Assembly (NCBI GenBank): GCA_965202985.1
Contig: CBDBCF010000001.1
Location: 1,920,001 to 1,984,000, forward strand
Source of the DNA: Longimicrobiales bacterium
Lineage (GTDB): Bacteria; Gemmatimonadota; Gemmatimonadetes; Longimicrobiales; Gaopeijiaceae
DNA length: 64,000 nucleotides
Direction: 5' to 3'
Shown: piece after piece, positions 1 to 9,277 of the stretch
Numbering within the stretch: position 1 is the stretch's first letter
Layout of the letters: the number at the start of each line of letters is the position of its first letter
Translations under genes and position numbers: made by a program
The notes under the pieces: generated by a model
Seen by the model: the letters and a program-made list of their open reading frames with translations, nothing else
What the model was told of the DNA's origin: nothing
The model's database searches: none

Positions 1-858
1 CGCTTCGTCGTTCACGACCAGCCGGGCCACCACGCGCTGGTGGAACTTGAGGTCGCGCAGGAAGCGCCGCAGCACGTCGTGGACTGCGGCCTCGAAGCGC
101 CCTCGGACCCCGGGGTCCTCCAAGATCGTGCCCAGCCGGCGCACGGCCAGGGGCAGGTAGCGGGAGACGGCCTTCTCGAGGGCCGCCGCCACGCCGGAGG
201 GCAGCACGTCCTGGACCGTCGCGCCGGGGGCGAGCAGCTTGGCGGCGCCCTGGTTCACGTAATCCGCCACCGTGTCGCGGAACCCTTCGCCGCCGACCGC
301 TCGTTCCAGCCACTCGTCCAAGCCCGTCCGAATCCGGAGTTCGAGGGCGGGGGTCAGCGCGTCGCCGACAGGGGCGTCCCCGATCGCTTCCGCCAGCCGG
401 CCCGCCCGCCGTCGCACGGCGTCTTCGAACCGGGCGGAGTTCAAGTACGCCTCGAACTGCGGCAGGGCGTGCTCGAAGACCTCGCCGGCCAGCCGGGCCG
501 CCTCGGCCGAGATCTCGGGTCCCAGCAGGTCGCGCAGCGAGCCCCGGTCCGCCTCCAGCAGGTCGCGCAGAAAGTGGTCCAGTCGCTCGTCAAAGACGTC
601 GCGGAACTCGGGCTGGGCCAGGATCCGGGTCAGGTCGTCCGGGGTGAGCAGCCGGTCCCCCACGGTGCGGCCGATCGCCGACGCCAGCCGGGGCTGGTTC
701 TTGGGCACGGCCCCTTGGAGGAAGCGGAGGCGCAGCTTTCCCAGCTTCGGCGGGCGGTACGGGTGGAAGAGCATCCAGATCGCCACCGTGTTGGTGAGGC
801 CGCCGGCCAGGGCGCCGCCGACCACCGTCACCAAGGCCTTCAGGAGGTCCTCGTTCAC
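1..858 (-). CDS. DUF445 family membrane protein (runs off window start)
   Basis: Not in ORF track. The GTG at 858 overlaps the upstream stop and reads MNEDLLKALVTVVGGALAGGLTNTVAIWMLFHPY...FLQGAVPKNQPRLA, the typical DUF445/YheB N-terminus. Confidence 0.75.
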   Translation of the reverse strand, partial: MNEDLLKALVTVVGGALAGGLTNTVAIWMLFHPYRPPKLGKLRLRFLQGAVPKNQPRLASAIGRTVGDRLLTPDDLTRILAQPEFRDVFDERLDHFLRDLLEADRGSLRDLLGPEISAEAARLAGEVFEHALPQFEAYLNSARFEDAVRRRAGRLAEAIGDAPVGDALTPALELRIRTGLDEWLERAVGGEGFRDTVADYVNQGAAKLLAPGATVQDVLPSGVAAALEKAVSRYLPLAVRRLGTILEDPGVRGRFEAAVHDVLRRFLRDLKFHQRVVARLVVNDEA

Positions 859-1874
859 TGCCGGTAGTGGCGAACGAACCCGCGGACGGCGACGACCTCG
901 CCGCCGGTCGAGACCTCGCCCGTCACTTCGTACACGACCAGCACCGGACGGACGGCCCCGGCGCCGCCCAGCGTCCGCACATGCGAACTGGTGGAGGCCA
1001 GCGTGCCCGACAGGCCGCCGGCACGCGAACGGAAGCGCCAGAGCACCGGCACTTCGCGTCGCGCCCGCTCCACGGTCACGGTCTCGTCCCAGGACACGGT
1101 CACTTCGGGCCACGCCAGCTCCCGCCCGTCGCGAAGCGCCCAGGCGCGGTACGGGCCTTCGCCCTCCGGGTCCGCCAGCAGAAGACGGAAGCCGTCGTCG
1201 CCAGCCAGGAGCGCCCACTCCGAGGGCTCGGCCGTGCCGGACCGGGACAGCGTCACGTCCAGCACCAGGCCGTCCGCCTCCACGCCCGACAGCTCGGCGG
1301 TCCCGGCAAGGAGGCGGTAGCGCTCTCGGCGTCGGCCGCTCCACTCCGCAACCAGCTCGCCCAGACGGACGGTCAGGTCCCGGAACCCTTGCTGGTAGTA
1401 CACCTCGCGCAGGGCGCCTCCCGGTCCCATCACCAGGCGGGCCGGCCCCCTGGGCACGATCTGCCAAGGGGCGCGGCTGGCGGCGGAGGTCCACTCGTCG
1501 TCCATGAAGAGCGACCACTGCCCGTCGCGCGCGCCCGTCTCCGAGTTGGTCCAGGTTCGGCCCAGCCATCCTCGCAACGAACGCCGCAGGCTGTCCGGCC
1601 CCGCCGAGTTGCGGAAGTCCCAGGGCACGAACATCGAGGTGTCCCGGAACGTGTCCATGAACAGGATCGTGCGCTGGTAGGTGGCTTCGGCCTCGGCCCG
1701 GACGGCGGTCTCTTCGCCGAGCGCCCCGGCGCCGGCGCCGGTCGGGTCGCCGTTGCCGCGAGGAGCCTCGACGCAAGACGCGGTCGCGATCCAACCCGCC
1801 GCCGCCCATGCCGCCAGAACGACCGCGCCGGGATGGCTGCGCGAGCGGGACGGCGCCGCCGCTGGCCCGGTCAG
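855..1874 (-). CDS. hypothetical exported/lipoprotein (start uncertain)
   Basis: The C-terminal ~310 aa of ORF 855..2267 has normal protein composition and a hydrophobic segment ending in ASC. It is coupled to the neighbouring minus-strand genes. Confidence 0.55.
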   Translation of the reverse strand: MTGPAAAPSRSRSHPGAVVLAAWAAAGWIATASCVEAPRGNGDPTGAGAGALGEETAVRAEAEATYQRTILFMDTFRDTSMFVPWDFRNSAGPDSLRRSLRGWLGRTWTNSETGARDGQWSLFMDDEWTSAASRAPWQIVPRGPARLVMGPGGALREVYYQQGFRDLTVRLGELVAEWSGRRRERYRLLAGTAELSGVEADGLVLDVTLSRSGTAEPSEWALLAGDDGFRLLLADPEGEGPYRAWALRDGRELAWPEVTVSWDETVTVERARREVPVLWRFRSRAGGLSGTLASTSSHVRTLGGAGAVRPVLVVYEVTGEVSTGGEVVAVRGFVRHYRQ

Positions 1875-2344
1875 TGGGTGCGAAGCTGGGGCGGCCACGG
1901 CGCCAGGACTTGCTCCGGCCGGACGGCCAAGTCCCGGTCCAGGGCTCGGAAGAACGACTTGATGCGCCGGGCGCCTCCGCCGAGGACGGGAACGCGAGCG
2001 CTGCTGCGGGCGACGGCGTCCACGCGGGTTTGGGCGTTGGCGTCCAGGGCGACCTGAATGTTGACTTGGATCGACCGCACCGGCCACGAACTCTTGGCCT
2101 GGGCTTCGACTACGCCGTCTTGGTCGTCCCACCGCACGGCCTGCCAGCCTGCCAGCCCGCCGCTCGCCAAGTGCACGGCCGAGTTCCACACCCGCACGAA
2201 GGGAATGGCGTACGTGCGACCTGCCAAGTCCGGATTGGCGGCCCGCGCGTCGGTGCGCGCGTCCCACGGCTGCCGGGATGCCAGGATTGCGGTCTCCGTC
2301 TGCGGCTGGGGCCGGCGCGCAAGCGGGCCGGCGTTCGGCGGCAT
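1871..2344 (-). CDS. DUF1499-like hypothetical protein
   Basis: Sequence 'GRTYAIPFVRVWNSA...GVVEAQAKS...TRVDAVARS...GGGARRIKSF' resembles the DUF1499 pattern. Confidence 0.45.
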   Translation of the reverse strand: MPPNAGPLARRPQPQTETAILASRQPWDARTDARAANPDLAGRTYAIPFVRVWNSAVHLASGGLAGWQAVRWDDQDGVVEAQAKSSWPVRSIQVNIQVALDANAQTRVDAVARSSARVPVLGGGARRIKSFFRALDRDLAVRPEQVLAPWPPQLRTH

Positions 2345-2465
2345 CGGAGGCCGCCCGTGAGCTTCGGCTTGGAGCTTCGGAACATGTGCCCGATACTCAA
2401 AGCTGCCCACGCCCCGCTAGGGGGTCAATGCCTGCCTTCCCCCAAGAAAGGTTCCCGGTCGCCCC

Positions 2466-3470
2466 GTGAAGGCCGTCCTTCTTCTGGCCGGCAAAGGCAC
2501 GCGCCTCCGGCCGCACACGCATGCGACGCCGAAGCCGCTTCTGCGCGTCGCCGGCAAGCCGGTACTGGACTACCTGCTGGACGAGTTGACGGACGCGGGC
2601 GTGTCCGAGGTCGTGTTCGTGGTGGGACACATGGGCGACGCCGTTCGCGACCACGTGGCCCGGCGCTACCCGCCCATCCGGGCGCGGTACGTGGTGCAGG
2701 AGGTCCAGGACGGCACCGCCGGCGCCGTGGCTCTGGCCCGCCCCTGGGCGGACGACGAGCTGCTGATCGTGCTGGCCGACGCGGTCTTCGAGGTGGACCT
2801 GGGCGCCGCGCGGAGGCTGCCCCCGGAGAAGGCGGGGCTCATGTGGGCCATGGACGTGGAGGACTACCAGCGCTTCGGCGTGATCGTGACCGACGACGCC
2901 GGCGACTTGGCGCGGATCGTGGAGAAGCCCAAGGAACCGGTGTCGAAGCGTGCCAACATCGGGCTGTACTACATCCGCGACCACGCGCTTCTCTTCGAGG
3001 GCGTCGCGCACGTCCTGGCCTCGGACCCGGGGCCGTCCGGCGAGTACTACCTGACCGACGCCTTTCAGTACATGGTGGACCGCGGCGCCAAGATCGCGAC
3101 CGCCGTCGTGGACGGATGGCACGACGCCGGCAAGCCGGAGACCCTCCTGGAGACGAGCCGCCACCTGCTGGGCCGGGACCGAGGAGGCGTGGCGGACGAG
3201 GCGAGGGTGCGGCGCTCGCCGGTGTCGCCGGTCGGCCGGATCGAGGCCGGGGCCGTCGTGGAGGGCTCGCGGATCGGCGACAACGTGACGATCGAGACCG
3301 GCGCGCGGGTGGCCGACTCGGACCTGGAAGACGTGATCGTGGGCGCGGAGGCGGTAGTGGAGCGGTGCAGGCTGCGGCGCTCGATCGTGGGGAGCGGGGC
3401 CGTGGTGCGGGGCTTGACGGGCTCCGTTCGGGTCGCCGACCACGCCGAGGTGCTTTCGCAAGAGCCGTAG
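2466..3470 (+). CDS. sugar-phosphate nucleotidyltransferase (glucose-1-P thymidylyltransferase-like) with C-terminal beta-helix
   Basis: LLAGKGTRLRP..PKPL, EKP, GEYYLTDA and WHDAG motifs. Confidence 0.9.
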   Translation: MKAVLLLAGKGTRLRPHTHATPKPLLRVAGKPVLDYLLDELTDAGVSEVVFVVGHMGDAVRDHVARRYPPIRARYVVQEVQDGTAGAVALARPWADDELLIVLADAVFEVDLGAARRLPPEKAGLMWAMDVEDYQRFGVIVTDDAGDLARIVEKPKEPVSKRANIGLYYIRDHALLFEGVAHVLASDPGPSGEYYLTDAFQYMVDRGAKIATAVVDGWHDAGKPETLLETSRHLLGRDRGGVADEARVRRSPVSPVGRIEAGAVVEGSRIGDNVTIETGARVADSDLEDVIVGAEAVVERCRLRRSIVGSGAVVRGLTGSVRVADHAEVLSQEP

Positions 3471-3488
3471 AAGCGGCAATCTGGAGGA

Positions 3489-4757
3489 ATGGAACACGAC
3501 GGGCTGATCCGCGACTGGAACGTGGCGGAGTTCGAGACGCTGGCCTGGGGCCGCCACGTGGAGCTGGACGACGAGACCCTGCGGGACGGTCTCCAGTCGC
3601 CCTCGGTGGTGGACCCGCCCGTCGCGGCCAAGATCCGCCTGATCCACGTGATGGACGCCTTGGGCATACACTCGGCCGACGTGGGTCTTCCCGCCGCGGG
3701 TCCCCGGGCCGTGGCCGACGTGACGCGGCTGTGCGAGGAGATCCGCGACTCCGGGCTGGCGATCGAGCCCAACTGCGCCGCCCGCACCGTGCTGGGCGAC
3801 GTCGAGCCGATCGTGCGCATCTCGCAAGAGACGAGCGTGGAGATCGAGGTGTGCGCGTTCGTGGGCAGTTCGCCGATTCGCCTGTACACCGAGGGCTGGT
3901 CGCTGGACCGGTTGCTTCGGACCGCCGAGAAGTCGGTCGGCTTCTGCGTTCGAGAGGGTCTGCCGGTCATGTTCGTGACCGAAGACACGACGCGCGCGGA
4001 CGGCGAGACACTCAAGTCCCTGTACGGCCACGCCATCGGCTGGGGCGCGCGGCGGATCTGCCTTTCGGACACGGTGGGCCACGCCACGCCGTCGGGCGTG
4101 CGCGCGCTGGTGCGGTTCGTGAAGCGCGAGATCATCGACCCGTCGGGGGCCAACGTGAAGCTGGACTGGCACGGCCACCGCGACCGAGGGCTGGGGCTTG
4201 CCAACGCCTTGGCGGCGATCGAGGCCGGGGCGGATCGCATTCACGGCACCGCCATGGGAATCGGCGAGCGCGTGGGCAACGTCGAGATGGACCTGATCCT
4301 GGTGAACTTGGCGCTGGCCGGGGTGCACGACGCCGATCTGACCCGGCTGGCCGAGTACTGCGAGATCGTGTCGCAAGAGTGCGGCGTGCCTCTGCCGTCC
4401 AACTATCCCGTGCTGGGCGAGGACGCCTTCCGCACCGCCACCGGCGTTCACGCCGCGGCGATCGTCAAGGCCCAGGCCAAGGGCGCGCACTGGCTGGCGG
4501 ACCGGGTCTACTCGGGCGTGCCGGCGTCGATGGTCGGGCGGCGCCAGGAGATCGAGGTGGGTCCGATGTCGGGGCTGTCCAACGTCAAGTACTGGCTGGC
4601 CAGCCGCGGCTACGACGCGGACGACGAGGTGCTCTGCGAACGGGTCTTCGACAAGGCCAAGTCCGTGGACCACACGCTGTCGGAGTCGGAGATCGCGGCG
4701 GTGGTGGAGGCGGGCGGAGACGCCGAACGCGGGGCCGGGGGCAGGACGGCCGGTTGA
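3489..4757 (+). CDS. LeuA/homocitrate synthase family DRE-TIM acyltransferase (no C-terminal regulatory domain)
   Basis: DETLRDGLQ, HGHRDRGLGLAN and GIGERVGN motifs. Confidence 0.85.
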   Translation: MEHDGLIRDWNVAEFETLAWGRHVELDDETLRDGLQSPSVVDPPVAAKIRLIHVMDALGIHSADVGLPAAGPRAVADVTRLCEEIRDSGLAIEPNCAARTVLGDVEPIVRISQETSVEIEVCAFVGSSPIRLYTEGWSLDRLLRTAEKSVGFCVREGLPVMFVTEDTTRADGETLKSLYGHAIGWGARRICLSDTVGHATPSGVRALVRFVKREIIDPSGANVKLDWHGHRDRGLGLANALAAIEAGADRIHGTAMGIGERVGNVEMDLILVNLALAGVHDADLTRLAEYCEIVSQECGVPLPSNYPVLGEDAFRTATGVHAAAIVKAQAKGAHWLADRVYSGVPASMVGRRQEIEVGPMSGLSNVKYWLASRGYDADDEVLCERVFDKAKSVDHTLSESEIAAVVEAGGDAERGAGGRTAG

Positions 4758-5506
4758 GAAAGCCCGTGGTCGAGGGTTTGGACCGGCAAGGCGACCGCCC
4801 CCGCGTGCTGGTGATCGAGGACGACTTCGAGATCGCGGCGCTCGTGGCGTACCAGCTGGCGAAGGAGGGATACCGCGTGGAGACGGCGTCCAGCGGCTCC
4901 GAGGGGCTGACCTCGCTGCACCGGGACATCCCCGACTTGGTGGTGCTCGACCGGATGCTGCCCGGCGTCACCGGCGACGAGGTGCTGAAGGCCGTCCGGC
5001 GCGAGCCGGCCACGCGGGCCGTGCCGGTGCTGATGCTGACGGCCAAGCGCGAGAGGGGCGAGCGGATCGAGGGGCTGGAGATGGGCGCCGACGACTACCT
5101 GACCAAGCCGTTCAGCACGCGGGAGCTGGTGCTGCGAGTGGACGCGATCCTGCGACGGGCGGTGGGCGGGGGCGCGACCGCCGGGCCCGGCGGCCCCGTG
5201 CTCTCCGCCGGCGACCTGCGCGTGAACTTGGGGGCGATGCGGGTCACCGTGCGGGGCAGCGAAGTGCGGATCACGCCGACCGAGCTGCGACTGCTGCGGG
5301 CGCTGCTGGAGCGTCGGGGACGCACGCTCAGCCGTCGACAGCTCCTGGAGCGGGCTTGGGGGCCGGAGCACGGCTTGAAGGACCAGGTGCGGACGCGGAC
5401 GGTGGACATGCACGTCCGGCGGCTCCGCGCGAAGCTGGGGAGCGCAGGCGAGCAGATCGAGACGGTGCGCGGGTTCGGGTACCGCTTTCGCGCCGGAGGG
5501 CAGTAG
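4754..5506 (+). CDS. phoB: OmpR/PhoB-family response regulator
   Basis: C-terminus of ORF 1808..5506: VLVIEDD, LDRMLP, GADDYLTKPFS, RTVDMHVRRLRAKL, IETVRGFGY. Lies upstream of phoR-pst. Confidence 0.88.
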   Translation: MRKPVVEGLDRQGDRPRVLVIEDDFEIAALVAYQLAKEGYRVETASSGSEGLTSLHRDIPDLVVLDRMLPGVTGDEVLKAVRREPATRAVPVLMLTAKRERGERIEGLEMGADDYLTKPFSTRELVLRVDAILRRAVGGGATAGPGGPVLSAGDLRVNLGAMRVTVRGSEVRITPTELRLLRALLERRGRTLSRRQLLERAWGPEHGLKDQVRTRTVDMHVRRLRAKLGSAGEQIETVRGFGYRFRAGGQ

Positions 5507-5510
5507 GCGC

Positions 5511-8381
5511 GTGCGTTTTCCGCTGCGTCCCGCCGCGATGGCCGGGGCGGCGGGGGCGGTCCTGCTGGCGGGCGCCGCCGGCTGGGCGTCGACGCGGGCC
5601 TTGGCGTCGCGGGCGCTTGTGGACGAGGCCGCGCGGCATGTGGAGCAGGTCGCCCGGCTGGGGGCCGCCCGGTTGCGCGCTTCCCAGGAGCTGCCCTTGG
5701 ACAGCGTCGTCCGGTCGCTGGCTCGCTCCACCCGATACCGAGTGAGCGTCTTCGACGGCCAGATGCGGCCCTTGGCCGACTCCAGGCTGGGGCCGGGCGC
5801 GTCCAGCGTCGCGGTGGTCGGGGCCGGTCCGGCGAGCGCGTCGCCCTCCGCGTCGCTTCCCGAGGTTGCGCAGGCGTTGCGAGACGCCCGAGCGCCGGCG
5901 TTCTCCCACCGGGTGGCCGAGGACGGGGGAGGCCCGTACCTGTTCGGCGCCGCTCGCCTGTACTGGCATGGAGAGACCGCGGTGATCCGCTTCGGGGCGC
6001 CGACCGAGCCGATCGAGGAGTCGGCGCAGCGGGCGGCCCGGAACGTGGCGCTGGCGGTGCTGGGAGTCGGCGCGGCGGTCCTTGCGGCTCTCTACTGGGC
6101 GCTGGGCCGACTGGTGCGGTCGCTGAACGCCGTTGGGAACCTGCTGACCCGGATCGGCGCCGGGGGGGCGACCAGTCGCCGGGCGCCCTTGTCGCGGGTG
6201 AGCGAGCTGGCGCGCGCAGGTTCGGCCGCGAATCGGCTGCGGACCGATGTGGAGGCCCGCGCCGTGCGCGCCGCCCGAGAGCGGGACGAGCTGGCCGGGC
6301 TCGTTGACCAAGTCGACGAGGGGCTGATCGCGCTCGACGCCGACGCCCGCGTTCTGCGCATCAACCCGGCGGCCAAGGACTTGCTGGGCCTGACCGCCGT
6401 CCCCCGCTTGGCGCCCGTGGGGTCGGTCGTGCGCGACAAGGACCTGCGCGACCTGCTGGAAGCGTCGGTGGCGCGGCCCGAGGCGCGGTCCGAGGTGGCG
6501 GTGGACGCGCGGAGGCTGGACGTGCGGGCCAAGAGGGGGACGAAGGGCGGCGCGGTGGTTCTGCTCGTGGACGTGACCGCGATCCGGCGGCTGGAGGAGG
6601 TGCGGTCCGACTTCGTGGCCAACGCTTCCCACGAACTCAAGACGCCGTTGACGGTGATTCGGGGGGCGGCGGAGACGGTGATGGACCGGGACCTGCCGGC
6701 GAACCTGCGCGACCAGTTCCTTCGCTCGATCGAGAGCAACACCGTGCGCCTGCAGCGTCTGGTGGACGACCTGCTGGACCTGTCCCGCTACGAATCGGGC
6801 GGCTGGCGGCCGGTGCGGCAGGTCGTTTCTCCCTCCGAGACCGCTTGGCAGGCGTGGGGCGAACTGGAAGAGGGCGGGGCGGCCGGCGGCGCGAAGTTCC
6901 GCGTGGCCGGGGACGGCCGAGCCCAGGGCGACGCCGGAGCGGTGCACCAAGTGTTTCGGAACCTCTTCGAGAACGCGTTGCGGTACGTGGCCCAAGACGG
7001 CGGCCGCGTTTGGGTGGAGGTGCAGGAGGAAGGCGACCAGCTGCGCGTGTCCGTCCGGGACAACGGCGCCGGGATACCCGCGTCGGCCCTGCCGCGCATC
7101 TTCGAGCGGTTCTACAAGATCGACCCGGCCCGGTCCCGCGCAGGCGGCGGAACAGGTCTGGGGCTGGCGATCGTGCGGCACCTGGTCTCCACCATGGGGG
7201 GCGACGTGTCGGCGGAGAGCGCGCTGGGATCGGGCACCACGATCTCGTTCACGTTGCCGCTGGTGCGCGACGCGGATGCGGCGGGGGATGCCGTTCCGGA
7301 GGCGGCCGGGCAGGTGGCTGCCGCGACCTCTCGATCCGGGGGCGACGCCGCGGACTACGACGCCGTTCCGGAGGCGGCGGGCCAGGCGGAGGCCGACGCG
7401 GACGCCGACTTGCCCCCGTCCGTCGGGACGCGACCGGTCGCCGGAGTCGCAGCGGCCCTTGCCTGTGCAGCCAGCTTGGCAGCGGGTTGCGGCGGGACCG
7501 GCTCCGAGTCCGGCGGGTCGGCCGAAGTCGTGGTCGTGGGGGTGTCCGCCAGCCTGAGTCCGCTCGCGGAGGTGGTGGCGGAGGCGTTCGTCGAGCAGCG
7601 CCCCGCGTACAGGGTGGCGGTGAGTCCATCGGGCTCCGGCGGCGCCCTGGGACGGCTGTGCAGGGGCGAAGTGGAGATCGCCGGAGCCTCGCGCGCGATC
7701 TCGGCGGCCGAGGCGGCCTCTTGCCGGCGCGCCGGACGAGACTACTTGGCCGTTCCCGTGGCGCGGGACGGCGTGACGGTCGTGGCGAACGCCGCCAACA
7801 CGGCCGTGATCTGTCTGACGCTGGCCGAACTCGCGCGCATCTGGGAGCCGTCGAGCCGAGTCGCGACGTGGAACGATCTGCGGCCCGGCCTGCCGCGCGA
7901 GAAGGTGCGCCTTTACGGACCGGGTCCCGATTCGGGGACGTTCGACTTCTTCACCATGGTGGTGGCGGGCCGAGCCAAGGCCAGCCGGGCGGACTACCAC
8001 CAGAGCGTGAGCCACCACTTGGTCGCGCGGGGAGTCGCCGGCCACCGCTGGGCGCTGGGCTACTTCGGCTACGCCCACTACGCCGCCAACCGCGAGCGGC
8101 TTCGGGCCGTCGCCGTGGACACCGGCTTCGGCTGCGTCCCGCCGTCTCCGCCCGCCTTCCTGGACGGCCGCTACAGCCCGCTGGCGCGCGACCTGTACAT
8201 CTACGTGGGACGCCGGAGCTTGGCCCGCCCCGAAGTCTACGACTTGGCCCAGTTCTTCGTCGGGGCCGGCGAGACGCTGGCGGTCGAGGTCGGTTACGCC
8301 CCGCTGCCCGCCTCGGAGTATGCGCGCAACCGGGAAGTCCTGGCCCAGGCGCGCGCCGTGGCCGCGAGGGGTACGCCGTGA
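5511..8381 (+). CDS. PhoR-like histidine kinase in frame with a C-terminal PstS-like phosphate-binding domain
   Basis: FVANASHELKTPL (H box), NLFENALRY, DNGAGI and GGTGLGLAIV. After a linker and lipobox LAAGC come SGSGG, ASRAI, VARDGVTVVAN, GPDSGTFDFF and YSPLARDLYIYV (PstS). Confidence 0.85.
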   Translation: MRFPLRPAAMAGAAGAVLLAGAAGWASTRALASRALVDEAARHVEQVARLGAARLRASQELPLDSVVRSLARSTRYRVSVFDGQMRPLADSRLGPGASSVAVVGAGPASASPSASLPEVAQALRDARAPAFSHRVAEDGGGPYLFGAARLYWHGETAVIRFGAPTEPIEESAQRAARNVALAVLGVGAAVLAALYWALGRLVRSLNAVGNLLTRIGAGGATSRRAPLSRVSELARAGSAANRLRTDVEARAVRAARERDELAGLVDQVDEGLIALDADARVLRINPAAKDLLGLTAVPRLAPVGSVVRDKDLRDLLEASVARPEARSEVAVDARRLDVRAKRGTKGGAVVLLVDVTAIRRLEEVRSDFVANASHELKTPLTVIRGAAETVMDRDLPANLRDQFLRSIESNTVRLQRLVDDLLDLSRYESGGWRPVRQVVSPSETAWQAWGELEEGGAAGGAKFRVAGDGRAQGDAGAVHQVFRNLFENALRYVAQDGGRVWVEVQEEGDQLRVSVRDNGAGIPASALPRIFERFYKIDPARSRAGGGTGLGLAIVRHLVSTMGGDVSAESALGSGTTISFTLPLVRDADAAGDAVPEAAGQVAAATSRSGGDAADYDAVPEAAGQAEADADADLPPSVGTRPVAGVAAALACAASLAAGCGGTGSESGGSAEVVVVGVSASLSPLAEVVAEAFVEQRPAYRVAVSPSGSGGALGRLCRGEVEIAGASRAISAAEAASCRRAGRDYLAVPVARDGVTVVANAANTAVICLTLAELARIWEPSSRVATWNDLRPGLPREKVRLYGPGPDSGTFDFFTMVVAGRAKASRADYHQSVSHHLVARGVAGHRWALGYFGYAHYAANRERLRAVAVDTGFGCVPPSPPAFLDGRYSPLARDLYIYVGRRSLARPEVYDLAQFFVGAGETLAVEVGYAPLPASEYARNREVLAQARAVAARGTP
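7290..7386 (+). repeat. short direct repeat (AVPEAAGQ x2) in the PhoR-PstS linker
   Basis: gccgttccggaggcggcNggNcagg occurs at ~7290 and ~7362. Confidence 0.7.
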
Positions 8382-9277
8382 GCTCTGCCCGCGCCGACAG
8401 GCTTGCGCGACGGCTGTTCCTGGCGTGCGCGCTGGTCTCGGGGATTGCTGCGGCGGCGGTGGTCGGCGTCCTGGCAACGGAGACCGCGCGGTTCTTCATG
8501 GAGGCGCCCGCCGGCGGCTTCCTCTTCGGGACCACCTGGGCGCCGTTCGCCGAGGAGCCCCGCTTCGGCGTCCTCCCCCTGCTGGCGGCGACCGCGCAGA
8601 TCACGGCGGGCGCGGCCGTGGTCGCCGTCCCGCTGGGCTTGGCCACCGCCGTCTACCTGGTCCACTACGCCGGCCCTTGGACGGCTCGCGTCGTGGGCGC
8701 GTCGGTGTCGTTGCTGGCCGGGTTGCCGACGGTCGTCTTGGGTTGCTTTGCCCTGCAGTTCGCGACTCCCCTGCTGACGCGCATCTGGCCGGCGACGGAG
8801 GCGTTCAACGGCGCCTCGGCGTGCCTGGTCGTCGGCGTCATGATCGTGCCGACGGTCGCGGCCTTGTCGCGGCAGGCCCTGGATTCGGTCCCCCGGTCCT
8901 TGGTGAACTCGGCCCTGGCGCTCGGCGCAAGCCGCGGCCGGACGGTGGTGCGGGTGGCCGCGCCGGCTGCCCTTCGGGGGTTGGCGGCGGCAGTCTTCCT
9001 GGCGACGGCGCGGGCCGCCGGCGAGACGATGATCGTGACCATGGCCGCCGGCAACCAGGGGCGGCTGGCTTGGAGCCCGCTGGAAGGGTTGCGCACCCTG
9101 ACGACCTTCATCGCCCACGCGAACACGGGCGAAGCCGCCCCCGACGCGACCACGCACCGGGCCGTGTTCGCCGCCGCGGCCGTGTTGTGCGTCTTGACCT
9201 TCGGCTTGCACGCCGCGGGCCGGTCGCTCTACTTGCGCCGGCGTCCGGAGGGGGCCGCAGAATGGGCCTTGCCGTGA
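8378..9277 (+). CDS. pstC: phosphate ABC transporter permease
   Basis: FLFGTTWAP..FGVLPLL, LAGLPTVVLG and ARAAGETMIVTMAAG. GTG overlaps the upstream stop. Confidence 0.88.
   Translation: MSSARADRLARRLFLACALVSGIAAAAVVGVLATETARFFMEAPAGGFLFGTTWAPFAEEPRFGVLPLLAATAQITAGAAVVAVPLGLATAVYLVHYAGPWTARVVGASVSLLAGLPTVVLGCFALQFATPLLTRIWPATEAFNGASACLVVGVMIVPTVAALSRQALDSVPRSLVNSALALGASRGRTVVRVAAPAALRGLAAAVFLATARAAGETMIVTMAAGNQGRLAWSPLEGLRTLTTFIAHANTGEAAPDATTHRAVFAAAAVLCVLTFGLHAAGRSLYLRRRPEGAAEWALP

Noticed and set aside
1808..5506. 1232-aa ORF ending in a response regulator
   Set aside because: Only the last ~250 aa are real (PhoB). The rest overlaps two genuine genes in other frames.
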